Assembly: GCA_013239625.1 (NCBI GenBank)
Contig: MU055362.1
Location: forward strand, 7,346,634-7,410,633
Length of the DNA stretch: 64,000 nt
Reading direction: 5' to 3'
From: Lama guanicoe
Lineage: Eukaryota
Below the pieces are notes generated by a model. It saw nothing but the letters and a program-made list of their open reading frames with translations, ran no database searches and was not told the origin of the DNA. Below, piece after piece: positions 24,153-37,160 of this stretch; within the stretch, counting starts at the first letter, position 1; each line of letters starts with the position of its first letter. Position numbers and translations under genes: made by a program.

Positions 24153-25489
24153 AAAACTGATTTCCAGCTGCCCAAGACCATTCCGTGTGCAGAATTTCAA
24201 ATACAAGCCTGATCCAAGCAGGGGTCAACTAGCCTCAGGAGTGGAAGAGAAAGAAGAGACAGCCAGGTGGTGTCAACAGATGCCCAAGCCTGCAAGCCAC
24301 CGAAGAGGGAAGGCAGGAAGGCATGTCTCTCTTAAAGCAGTGTTTCCTGAACTGTGAGGCTACCAAGCACGATTTCAGGTGGTACAAGGTGTCACCTGAG
24401 CAGTTACAGGATTATACTCATGCGTATTAGAAAAAGATAACTAGCACTTCAAACTCATAATTTCACAGATGTTAAGGCTTACAGCGCGACTAAGTTTAAA
24501 CAGCGAATCAAATATTTGAATGCATCAAATGAGTAAGAAGTACGCCAAAAATCATGGCTGGATGAGGGGACCTAAGAATTCAGACCAAAGAAACCCATCG
24601 GGAATTCTGGCTGCATGGGATCCCGAGGAAAGCGGGGGCTGGAGTGCCCTGTGGGGAGAGACAGGTGCATGCAAGGAGGGCGGAGACTGAGAGGGGAGAG
24701 GTGGCTCCGGGTGCTGGATGGTGACTGGAGCAGATGCTCCCAGGAAGCTCTGGACACACAACAAAAAGGAACTCAAGACAAGTGTGGGGAAAGATGACCA
24801 GCTTCAGGAAGCAAAACCATCCCCCAAAATGAATCATTTGCCAAACGGTTTTGAGGCCAGAATGTGTTAGAAAACTAACTCCAACACAGCTTGGGATGAA
24901 ATCTGAAAAAGCAGCATTGCAGAAAAACATTCAAAGAAACAATCTCCCAACAAGTGTCCACAGAGCTCAGCAGAGAAACCGAACGGAGGAGACCGAAGGG
25001 TTGATTTCACTTTTGCTTTTTTTATAATTGCCTTCCCAGCTCTTGGGCCGGGTGCCCTCTCACTGCTGCACTGTTTGGGCTGCACAGGACTTCCCCAAGC
25101 CCCAGCCAAGCTGCCTGCCTGCGGTCTTCTTTGAATTCCATCAGAATTCGGAAACACCCAGTTGAACCGGGACCAGTCAGTGGTACAGAGATGCCACGCG
25201 GAAAGGCGGGCAGACAGCAAACCCCGGAACCACAGAGGGGAACTTCCAGGATGTGATCCGGGGGGGTCACCCCCTCTCTGATCCTTCCTGTGGGCTCCAT
25301 CTCCCCCTCCCCACCTCCCAACACATATCTTCTGCCTGATGTTTCCACGCTTCTGAGGAAGGGGGGTGAAGGAGAGCGGCTCTCCTGGCAGCCTGAATTT
25401 CATTCCAAATGCAAATGAAGCCCTTTTACAGAATTAGCTCCATTTTCAGGAAAATGTGGCAGAATCGCCATGTTTACTTCAGCCTCCAC

Positions 25490-25693
25490 NNNNNNNNNNN
25501 NNNNNNNNNNNNNNNNNNNNNNNNNNNNNNNNNNNNNNNNNNNNNNNNNNNNNNNNNNNNNNNNNNNNNNNNNNNNNNNNNNNNNNNNNNNNNNNNNNNN
25601 NNNNNNNNNNNNNNNNNNNNNNNNNNNNNNNNNNNNNNNNNNNNNNNNNNNNNNNNNNNNNNNNNNNNNNNNNNNNNNNNNNNNNNNNNNNNN
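25490..25693. other. Assembly gap (N run)
   Basis: Ns in the sequence. Confidence 1.
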
Positions 25694-26360
25694 AGGAGAG
25701 GGAGCCTGCTCCAGAGAGGCCTGGGGCGGGCCGGGGTGCAGGAATGAGGCTGGACAAGAAATGAGGTCGCTGGGGACACAGACATCGGGGACAATGACAA
25801 CCCGTGTGCTTGAAACATCTCCTACCTGGAAACACACAGAACCCCCATGAACAAAACCGCCGTGGCAGGCATCGTACCCCACCCCCCAGGACCCCCCCCA
25901 AAAAAAGAGCCAAAAGCTGCTCCGTGAGCCCTTTCAATCATCCGACCAACCTGAGCTGGGTGCCCACTGTGTACCAGATACTTCCCTGCTCTCCATCCAA
26001 AGGCAAAGCACATGTTAATTAACTAACCACACAAGGCAGGGACAGAGATGCCGGTGCTGCGGGGAAAGGACTGCAGCTTTAAAAGGGTGCAAAATACAGC
26101 AGCTGCCCGAGGAGTCCCGGGAGGTTGTGGCAGAGGAAGGAAAAAAGCTGGCTGAACCTCGGGGACAGCAGGCACAGGGGCCTGGCGTGGTGTGGAAGGG
26201 CAAGAGGGTAGAGGAATTAAAAAGCTGAAGGATGGGCAGAGGCCAGCCCCACAGGGCTTCCAGCAGCATGGGGACCCGAGAGTCCCAGGCAAAGGTGAGC
26301 CCTGGGCTCTTCCACCTACAATTCTGTGACAAACCGATGAGACACAAAAAGCATTCTTAT

Positions 26361-26430
26361 GGCACTCTAAACCAACTACACTTCAATAAAAAAAAAAAAA
26401 ACTTAAAAAAAAATAAAAACAAGGGGGGGG
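26361..26430 (+). mobile_element. Short L1 3' terminus with poly(A)
   Basis: 'ctaaaccaactacacttcaataaaaaaaa' resembles the cetartiodactyl L1 end; degenerate TSD aaagcattctta / aaagctttccta. Confidence 0.6.
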
Positions 26431-26499
26431 GAAAGCTTTCCTAAGAAATATCCAAAGACTCCAACAGACTGGAATTTAATAAGGAGGAAGGGTGAGAAA

Positions 26500-26720
26500 T
26501 TGAAATTAAAACACCAGTGATGAGTCTATGTATGTGAAATTCGAAAAGAGAAAAGCCATGGTTACAGAAATCAGAAGTGCTTAGGTGCACAAGAGGGCCT
26601 CTGGGATGTCGGAAAACGTCCTTTGTCCTGATCATGGTTGTGGTCACACAGGCGTAAAAACGCAAAAACCATTCAGCTGGACACCTGAAGTCCACGCACG
26701 TTCAGTTATACTTCACTAAG
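26500..26720 (+). mobile_element. Old L1 (L1MD/ME-like) 3' fragment
   Basis: 'ctgggatgtcggaaaacgtcctttgtcctgatcatggttgtggtcacacagg' resembles L1M 3' ends. Confidence 0.6.
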
Positions 26721-29700
26721 TCGGGAGGGGGAGAAAAAGTTAAATCTCTGGCACCTAGTCGCCAGCTCTTGCGGTGGGGGAGGGTCTGGGCGGGGACAGC
26801 TTCTAGAAAGACCACCTCCAATGCCTGGGCTTTCCTTGTTCTGACCCAAGAGAACGGGCTTGAAATAGAAAAACTGAGGTTTCAACTAAGCAAATAAACA
26901 AAGCCTATCTCTACCTGCCACCTTCCCCTTTTAGAAAAAGAAATTTGGCTAAAGGGATAAAATACGGAAAGAAATTCTTGTGGGACCTTTCCTTATGGAC
27001 AGAATGTACTGTGTCCCAATGTGCTGCATCTCCTGAGTTTCAACAGAAAAGTCTCTGAAAGGGACCAGAGGCCCTTAGGGCCAAATTATTGTTACTCTCT
27101 CCAAATCTAACCAGTTCTTTCTCTAGGATACCCACAGAGTCGCTCTCCCCGCTCCCCACCTCTCTGGAACGTTCCACTGGCCCCCTCCCTTTTCCAACCT
27201 TCGTAGATCCCCCAGACCAGACTTGGTTTTTATTTCCCAGAACATGTAACAGCTACATTCCACATTTAGACAATGACACTGTGGTCCAGACTCTGGTCAA
27301 AAGAAAACAGCTTTGACAGAGGGGAACTACCAGATCCATCAACTGAAATCCTTGCCCAAACCAAGCGTGGTTTTTCCTCTTCCACTCCTTTGGATTCCAG
27401 GCAAGAACGCCAGGATGACAATAAGGACAGACACTGAGGGTAACTTCCTCCTGCTTCACCCCCCAATCCCCTCTGCAGATCAGCCACCTCAAGGGGGCAA
27501 TCCTCCCTCCTCAGTGCAAGAAGGGGCCGGTCAATCTCAGTCTCAAACCCTCGAGCAAGACAGGGCGGCAGGGGTGGCACGGGAGGGAGTGTGATAACCA
27601 CAGAAGCAGCCTGGAGCCAAGCCCTGGGGCATTTTAGGAATCACTGTGCGAAGCTTCGGGGTCATCATGGGTGAGAGCATTTCCAAAGCCAGAGCAGAGC
27701 CCAGAAGATCACACCAACGATGAACCTCAGACTACAGGAAAGGATTTAGAACTCAGTCAACTCAAGACCAATGTAAAGCCCAGTGAGAAGGGCACCTCCT
27801 CTGCAGTGACCCTGCCAACTCCCGCCAGACACGGACCTCAGACCCATCCTCCGAGAACCAACCTTTCTCCTGCCCACACGTCACCACGCCCGGCACCATG
27901 CTAACTGCTAACTGGACAGCAGAAGGGTCCTCTGCCCACACGTTCATCACGCACCATCCAAATGATCCAACCTCATGTCAGACCATTTCTAAGATTGTCC
28001 AGAGCACCAAGAGACTCATTCATTCATTCATTCACCCATTCATTCATCTTTGGCTCAATACCTACCAGGGGTCAGGAAATGTGTCTAGGGTCTGAACATC
28101 ATTAAAAAAAAAAAAAGCCCCCCACACCCGTTCTCCTGAACGACCCCAACTAAACAGGCTTAGGTAGGAAGACATTCTGAGGGATCAAAAAGAGGGTTTA
28201 AAAAAGTGAAGCTGTGCAAAGACCCACAGCCCAAAGCACACCTGGATTCAGTGCGGGAAATTTAACGTTAACTGCCTGAAAACATCTGGTGAGTCACACT
28301 GGGAGAAGAAAAATGCCATCCCAATTCCAGACAGGGAAGTCTTCCTGTTAAAAAGTAGGATTTTTGAAATGGTTTTTATTTCATTGCAGCCAGCCAGCCA
28401 GCATCTCTAATTTGAGACAGAGCTGGACCCTATGAATCTCTTGGTCTGAATAGTGACCAAAGGACCTTAAGGTGCCACTGTCCACCAAGCTGCCTGTTCT
28501 CCAGCAAGAGCACTCAGCAGCAGCTCCCCTAAAACACTGACGTATCTCGTCTGGGATCTATGGAGACCCGATCCGTCCTCTGGCCATGAGCCCTCCCTGC
28601 TCTTCCCACACACGACTCCTCCACTGTCCTTCGACAGTGGCTCCACTGTACTTCCTGCCCCTCCCCAGAGCCTCTCCTCCCTGGCACTCCTCCTAAAGAT
28701 CAAAAGTCCACCCTCTCCTCAAGGAACCGGGGAAATCTCATTCATCAAGTACAAACGAACTGACTCATCTTGAGCAATCAACTTCCTCTTTCTCCACCTG
28801 TTTCTTCAATCCGTGAAGTCCCAATGGTTTAGCAATTCCAGGCTAAGTGCGATTCTTTCTGCCCTGGAGTATCCTAAAATGCCTCTGAATGTGTCCAGTC
28901 TCCAGGTTCCCCACATGGAAGGTACAAGTCTGCAGTCCCTGCTGCCAGTGGGTGGGCACAGAACCTCCAGCTCCAGAGCTCCGCCAAGCTGAGAGCCATC
29001 TGAGAGCAGTGGTGGTCCACCACCACCTCACGGGGTCTCGGGATCAGAGTCAAATCCCATCACCAACACTTGCTGCCTGTGGGACCTCGGGCCAGCTCCC
29101 TAACAGAAGCCACATATTCAGGTTCCTCACCTGTTTAACAAGCATCACATCTGCTGGCATCAGAGGCTTGGAGAAGGGACAACCATCGTGCTCAGCTCAG
29201 TAGGCTGGCACTAAGTAGGTTATCTTAGACGAGTTCCCTTCCCCCTCCCCTGCTTGTCCATAAAACATTTGGTAAGTTACTAGAAACAAAGCTAAAAATG
29301 GTCCAGGCTGGGAAAGGGGGTCAGGGGCGGGAGGGGGAAGAGGGCACAGCCATTATTTCTGAGCCCAGAATGGCTCCAGGAGGCATCCGAGTCCAATCAC
29401 GCAGACCATCCCCAGGCTACGCTGGGGCTCTGGGGACGGCTCGCCACAAAGCAGATGCTACTGGCACCACATGGGTGGTTGGCGAACAAAGGTCCTGGCA
29501 GCCAAAGGGTCTCCAGGGGCACGTGGGTGAGAGCCTACAAAGGCAGAGCATCAAAAAGCAGCCCCAAATCAAGACCTGATCACACATCAGCCGCAACAAA
29601 TAATGTTTGCTCACAGGTGGGAGGGACAGAGAGAGGCCCTCGCTGGAGAAGGCCAACTTGCATGTCCAACGTCGAAGAAAAGCTCGTTTTGTACGTTACA

Positions 29701-30339
29701 CAAAGGAGACACTGTTCACAACCGCTTTGCCCATATACATAATCAGGGCTGCCTCTGGTCATTATATAAGTTTCTGATGGCTTAAGATTCCAAAAGTTAA
29801 GTTCTTTCCACATTTATTCATATATATATATATGTATGAGTAAAAATATACTCCTATGTATACAAGAATATATATATTCTCATATAGGAAAATATACAGA
29901 CACATATATGCACAAAGGTCCTAAAACGGAATGTAGAGGGGAGCACAATTTATAGACATATCAAATTGTTAAAAGCAGTTACATCTGAAGAGGTGGAGAA
30001 TCCGACTCTTTCACTAGGCCCTCTTCCAAGAAGAAGTCGAAGGATGATCGGATTTTCCTTTTCTTTGGTGTTTTACTATAATATTTGAAGAGTGGGTCTC
30101 AAAATAGAAACGAAGGCAATTTAACAGAACCACTAAACAAATCTAATTAAATTCTTTCTCCGGGTGGCTCCAACGGCTCTTCCCAGGCCTGCTTCAATCT
30201 TGATGTTCCCATAACTGGCACCAGAACTGGGGCACCGATGAGCACTGCCCACCGTGATCGCCAGGGCAGCACGTGTGGGTTTCCTTTCCCAAACGCAGAA
30301 CAGGAGACACACACAAACACACACGCTCACTCACACTGG

Positions 30340-30510
30340 ACACTCAACCAGGGATTTTCTCCCTACAGGGCTGGATAATTCTTGGGGTGGGCGGTAGTGG
30401 AAGAGGCCTGTCATGTGCATTGCAGTATGTTTAGCAGGGACTCCTGCCCACTGGACACCAGCAGCAACCCCCAAAGAATGGCAATCCCAACTCTGTCTGA
30501 AAATCATTCA
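30340..30510. mobile_element. MER20-like fragment
   Basis: 'ggctggataattctt...ctgtcatgtgcattgcagtatgtttagcag'. Confidence 0.65.
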
Positions 30511-33500
30511 ACTGAACAAGTTGGCCCTCGCAGCCCCAAGGAACGACAGAGAAGCCAGGCCCCCAGCTGGCTTCCTTGGTGGCCAGTTCATCGGGTATAC
30601 AACAGGCACTTAAGGACCAGCTAACTGAACCCAAATCATGTGGGTCTGAAGTCTGCCACCCTGACGTTGTTCCAGGCCTCATACAGAGCTGAATATACTC
30701 CACAGGTTCAATAAGGCACAGCTTTCTCTTCCTAAGAACAGGGGCCAAGGGCGGGACGCCATCATCCCACTGAATTCTCACCACCATCCTGGGTAGCAGG
30801 GATGATCGGGCCACTTTACAGGTGAAGAGAACTGAGTGAGGCCCAGAGAGAGAGCTGGGAATTACCTCAAACCTCCTAAGCTCAAAGCAGCTGGGCTCCA
30901 ACCCCAAAGCACCTCCTGTCTATGCTGCTAAGTGCAAACAATGAGTGTCCAATGGGTTTTTCATCCTTTAGGAAATTACTTCGGGGGAAAACAAACTTAT
31001 CTTAGTGATGCCTGGCTTAGATTCACACCTCTTCTGTTTAACTTTACACTCAACACTCAAAAGACAATAGAAACTCCCTTCTTGCTAACAATGAGTATCT
31101 TCAAGGGTGATCTGGTTCACAGGGAAGGGGGCACACATCCCCCTCCAAGTTTTCTTTGTGGCACAAACCAGAAATGTAAGAGGACCCTTTCAGAGCTAAC
31201 ATGCCCAAAGAAAAGATGGAGAGTGGTCCTCCCTCTGCACCAGAAGAAGGGGGGAAAAACCCACTTAATCACTGAAAACTAAGGCATTGGAGAGAACCAT
31301 CTGCAGCTCACTGACCGGACCAGCCAGTCACCTCTCTGAGAATCAACCTGCCAGCTAACAGCGCACAACCGGAGCTGCTGGCTGGGGTTCTGCTTACCCT
31401 GCAGGCATTTTTCTTATTTCAAAGTTTCTATTAACTCCCCACTGATGTGCCCTAAAAGAATTTTTAAGAGCTTGGAAACACATAAATAAAATAGTCTTTG
31501 TTGGTCCAGCAGAGCCCAATGAAAGCCTTTCACCTGTACTAGTGATGATAAAAGTTTCAGGCCTCACTTTCATAAGGACCGTCTGAAGACTTGGGAGAGC
31601 CTGGAGTTCTCTGACTTGCCGTGGCTCTCCTGTCCTCCGGATGCCTGGGGCCAGGTTAGGAAGACCCGTCCACTGGACCCACAGGTTGCAGGAAACACTC
31701 CTGACTCCAGGCCTGCCCTCCGGAGTGCTATGCACTCCTCCAGAGCCTGCCAAAAACACCTAGTCCGTCATGTTTGTCAAAATACAGTTTGCATGCAGTG
31801 AAGGATGAGGAAGGCTGGGGCTGACCGGTGCGGTGCAGGGCTGGGGAGCAGGGGGTGGAGAACCGACAGGGAATTTGGAGGAAGAGAAATATGACCCAAG
31901 CACATCAAATACCCCAAAAGAGAAAAATAAAGATGCCTGTCCAACCGAAAGCAGTGTGGTAAATCTTCAGCAGTGGGTTGCATGGGCAGAGCCAATGGAC
32001 CATGTGGTGTCCTTGTGTCCTCAGAGCCTTCTACCAGAGGTATGATTTCCTGTCCTCCCCTCTGGGCCCAAGAGATGCTTTGCCAGTGGAAAGACAACAA
32101 TACCACTGCCAAAGGCCATCCTGAGCAAACACCATTGCTTGCACTGTCCAGGAAAGACACCATTCTAACACGATTTAGCAGATTAAATAGCTCTGGTGTC
32201 TTGCTCTGAGTGATTTGTAAAATCTGGGCCATTGGTTAACTGCAGGATCTTAGTTAAGCAGGTCATTCTGCTTCTCTGGGCCTAAAGACTGCTCATCTTT
32301 GAAGAGACTAGCCAGACAACAGCCAATTCCTTTCCAGTCATGCAACTGCATACTTCTAACTGCCAACAGGCTCAAGCCTCAGGCCAGCTGGGTCTTGATT
32401 TTTCTTCTTCCCTCCAGAGCCTGGCCACCCTGTGCCCTGAGTAGTGAATCAGACAAGCACCAGTAACGCAATGCCCCCTTGATCACAGCTCTGCTGCGCA
32501 AGATGGTGGCCATTCCTTGACCACCACCAGTGATGCCTGTGACCCCTGCCAGATGAGTCAAAGAAATGTAGATAGAGAGTCATCTTAGCCCTGAGAGGCT
32601 GCTCAAACGTCACCTAATGCCACAGTTCCCAGAGTGCGTTATTCGGTCCTACAAAGACCTACCCAGATTCTCTTTAACCTCCTGGACCTTTCAGTGAGCA
32701 TCAGAATTCACCAAGAGGTGACTGCATACGCAGACTCCCCGAGAAGGACTTGGTCACAGAAGTTTTGGAGGAAGCTTCTAGGGCCAGCACGCTAGAAAAC
32801 ATAAATAAAGATAGCCCACTCCCTACTTCACCTTACAAAAGAGAAACCAGGCCCCCAGGAGGTAAATCAAGGCAGCCAAGACGAGGTCCAAGTCTTGTGA
32901 ATCCAGTCTACATATCCTGCTAGTTTTAACACAATACAGGCAAAGGTACTTATAGACAAGAGTGGCCAAAACTACAAGTTACTTGGCATCTCCAAGGATG
33001 CCCACAGTCCCTGAGATCCACAGCCAACACCCATTAAGGAGCATCAAGGTCTAATAACAGGGACATCCTCAGGCCAGGACTGTTTTCTACTTAGAGGCCT
33101 TACTTAGGTGACAAATACCTGAAATTTCAGGGCATTCAATTTTTCATCCAGACCATGAGAAGAATGAACCAGCAACCCCATTTACCTGTATTCAAAGCCC
33201 TCACAGAGGAACTCATCTCCTGGGAAGATGGTATCTGCCGAAAGCAAAGAGCTTCCCAGGAGGCAGGCATAAGCCAGTAAAAGGCACTATTATGTCCTAA
33301 CAGGGGCTCCTAACCCGGCCCCACAGAGACTCCTGCGCTGCAAGGCACTTCCCTGGCTCTCCCAAGATAGGGATGCAGCTGCCCAGTCGCAGGCAGGCTG
33401 TCCACTCAGCCATGCAGAACACGGACAACGACCGAGGACCATTTCAGTAAGTCCGTTATCCAAGCCTGGTTGGACAGGGACCTCCTGCAGCAAAGAACCC

Positions 33501-33759
33501 CCTCAACCAGAAAGCCCTATGCAAATGAGAGAGACCCAGCATTACTTCCAAGGGCCCCAAATCCACCTCCAAGCCACCCTGATGGAGGGGACATGGAAAG
33601 ATAACGTCTCACACTGCTGAACGCTCTTCATCTGATGTAGATGCTATGGACTAATAACATACAGGGCCACAAAACAGCACTGCCAAGTTCTTCAAACTTC
33701 CTGCCACCATGTATTGTTCCCATTGGTCAACAGACACAGAGCAAACATTTACACTGACA

Positions 33760-33975
33760 GGAGGAGATGGAGTAGTTAAGCGCGCAGGCTTCTAAGCCCT
33801 TCCTCGCTGTGTGACTCTGAACAAGTCACCTGCCTCTCCTGTGTCAGTGTTTGCTCAGCGGGAAAAGGAGCATGCCTCACGCAGCAATGAAACTGCACAA
33901 TGTCCATCGACGGCTTAGCTCAGTAACCACTCAGTAAATGAGAGGCGCTTTAAGGTCTGATGCAGGGAGAGTCTG
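33760..33975 (+). promoter_or_regulatory. MIR-derived segment orthologous to the human rs7903146 enhancer site
   Basis: MIR-like core ('gctgtgtgactctgaacaagtcac...'). It aligns without gaps over about 95 bp to my recalled human rs7903146 flank and lies 33.4 kb from exon 5, versus about 41 kb in human. Confidence 0.75.
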
Positions 33976-36606
33976 TAATTTTCACCGTTTAAAGATGGGT
34001 CCTCTCGGCCCCTGGGCTGGTAGAGACGTTCTCATATTTGCAGTGCCCTCTGATGCCTCCCCTGCTCGATCCAGCTTTCCCCCTCTTTTCCTTTTGTAAG
34101 TGCTACCCTCCAAGAAAACTGAGACCTAAAAACAAAAAATGCAGAAGGGGGGTCTTCTATGGGATAACTTGCTTTAGTCCAACTCAATTTATACGTAACG
34201 AAACAGAAGGATGGTGTGTACAACCAGAAAGTGACGAAGCAAGAACAGCCCGTGGGCTCCGGTGTCCCGGGTCAGGGCTGCTCCCACAACCAAGGACTCC
34301 TCCCCTCTCCTCAGTCCCCGTCCAGTCTCAGCACCTTCTATAGTAAATCGGGAGTATCCTCAAACCATCCCTCCCTCCTCCTCCTTCTTTTAACTGTCAA
34401 GGCAGTTGATTAACCATCTCCTCCCCAGCATGCTGCAAGACACCGGGAACCAGGACAAACGTCCATGGGGAGCAGGCCCAGCATGATCAACTTATAATAT
34501 TAGGTCACTGATAAAACTGCTCAGCCAAAGAAGACACCCCTTACCTCCAAGAGCATCCATGAGGTAAGGGACTGGGTCTCCACAGGGCACCCCAGCTTCA
34601 GTGGGAGAGAAACCAACATGGAGCCTTGTCAAGCTTGACCCCGGGTCTGGGAAGGCAACCCTGAGAGGCAGGACAGAGCCGACGAGACCAGGAGACCCAC
34701 TGGATGGGCTGGTCCTCTCCGCTCCCTGGCCTCTTTCTTCCCTTGCAGGGGAAGGGTGCCAGCCCTTTCCTGGAAGGCAGCGGCTCTACAACTCTCTTCC
34801 CAGGGAGGCCCACAGACCTCTCGCTCCTTTTCAGCCTTTGGGGGACGGAAAAGTGACTAACAAGACAGACAGCATCACCATCATCTCCCCAGCCATCTCA
34901 CAGGGAGGCCCCCAGGCCCGGCGCCTCACTGCTTTCATCCTCTTGCCCTTTGGATGAACAGAACACCTCTGCAATCCTCGCTTCGTGTCATTTGAAGTTT
35001 CAAAACAAAACATCCTGACTCAAATCAAGATAAGCACAATTTCTTCATCTGCTTTTTCAAATACCGATGGACCTGTGGTCTGTCTAAACCAACTTACCCT
35101 GGTTAGACTGAGGCCTGCTCCGAGTTGAGAAATACTCTACCAGCCGTATGTATCTGAGTCTCAAAAGACGTCTAGTGGCTGAGGCTGTCGCTCCAACAGT
35201 GGCAGGTAGGGAGGATATCACCCAATTAACCATTTAACTGCAAAGCCCACAGCAAACATGCTCCAAGATCTCTTCAGAAGCCTACTGCTTCATTATTTTT
35301 TGAGGAAAAGGATACCTGAACAGGAATCTTGCTAAACTCCTTAGAACCTCGTGGAATTCAGCTCAGCTCCTCACTGAGCAGTTTCCCCCACCAGAACCCT
35401 GGGCTCTGGCTACAGCCCAGCGTCTAAGGGCCTATGACCTTCACCTCCCTCTCAGTCCCCTGATCTGGATATTTGAGGTAGAGATTCAATAATTCATGTG
35501 CTCACAATACTTCTGGAGCCCCCCGACAAGGAGGAACAAGCAATGATGCCGTCTGTCCCCGTGGAGCAAAGGGAAAAGACAGGTAAAGGAAGATGCCAGG
35601 TGTGAGTGGGGCAGGCACGAGAGGAGGGCAAAGACCCCTGAGCAGGAGGTTTCAGAGAGGGGCGCTCTGAAGGAGTGGCACCTAAGCCAACTTCACCAAA
35701 ACACCAGGCAGTGGTGGGCTTAGGAGAAGATGATCTGGACCACAGCCCAGGTGAAAGGTCTTCCCTCCCAGGTCAGTCCCTCCTTCTAGGCTCTCTGGCC
35801 TGTGGTGACACGCCCAGGGCCACCCCCGTGTGGAGTAAAATCCAGCACAGGCCAGGGTCTCCCCATCCCTAGTCAGCCCTGCCTGTGCAGGGAATGACAG
35901 CCCTGCAGGAGAGAGGAGGGGTCCCTTCATCGCCAGGGCTGAGGCAGAAAGATCACCACGAAACAAAAAACCAACCTCTAGCCACTGTCAGGGAACCAAG
36001 GAATCTCTTCGCAACTATCTCTGTGGGTAATCATGTGCTTCAGCTCGAAAAAAATTACAGCCATACTGTGCAGAGGTTAGGAGATTCTCTCCCCCACCAT
36101 TCCGCCCCCATCCCAGCCCCAAGTCACCTATCATGTTCTTCCCATTTACTTGCCCAAATCCCAGGTTCCCATTCACACCCAGGGAACCGCCCAGGGTTCC
36201 TCATAAGAGAGTTCAGGGATCTTCCTAGGTTCTTTCTGGTCAACAGAACCGCCATCCCTGTCTTGTCTTCTCATCCATGGGGAAAAGGAGAGAAAGAGGC
36301 AACACCAATTTGTAAAAATCGGGTCGAAACTCCAGTAGCTAGAGATTTAACTGATCTGAAAATGAGGCTTTTATTTTCTTGATGCTCCCAGGTGATTGTC
36401 CTGTGCAGTTAAGGTCAAGAACTCTTGGGTTACAAGAATGTAACTGATAGGTGTCTACCCGGTTATAACAATGTGGAGCGGGGTACTTAACATGACCAGT
36501 TTGTTTTATTTTTTTAACAGGCAATCTTTATATTGTCTCTGACAAACAAGTCACATGTTGCCATCTTGCCCAACACAACTGGCACATCTCAGAATCTGAG
36601 GTTTTA

Positions 36607-37160
36607 AAAGTTTGGTAGTTCCTCAAAAAGTGAAACACAAGAGTTTTTATATGACCCAGCAATTCCACTCATAGGCATATACCCAGGAGAAATGAGAACA
36701 TGTGCCCATACAAAAACCTATGAATGGATAAAGAAAATGTGGTGAGAGAGAGAGAGAGTGTGTGTGTGTCTGTGTGGTCACACAGTGGAATATTATTTGG
36801 CCCCAAAAAAGGAAGGAAGAACTGATACATGCTAAAACATGAATGAACCCGGAAAACATTATGCTAAGCCAAAGAAGCCAGACGCAAAAAGCCATATATT
36901 TTCCAATTTCATTTATACAACATGTCGAGGATAGGCAAATCTATAGGGATTGCCAGGGGCCAGGGGAGGGGGAAAGGGGGAGTGACTGCTAACGGGTAGA
37001 GGTTTCTTCTTGGGTGTGATGAAAATGTTCTGGAATTAGAGAGTGTAGCTGGTTACACAATTCTGTGAATACACCCAAAATTACTAAATTGCACCCTTTA
37101 AATAAGAGAATTGTATGGATTGTAAATATCCCAGGAGAGCTATTACTTAAAAAAAAAAGG
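36607..37160 (+). mobile_element. Old L1 (L1MB-like) 3' end
   Basis: 'atatgacccagcaattccactcataggcatatacccaggagaaatga', 'tgaatggataaagaaaatgtgg' and 'gtgatgaaaatgttctggaattaga', then poly(A). Confidence 0.88.

Noticed and set aside
25400-25937. ORFs containing X runs (also near 42-43 kb, 50 kb and 59.5 kb)
   Set aside because: Artefacts of translating through N gaps.
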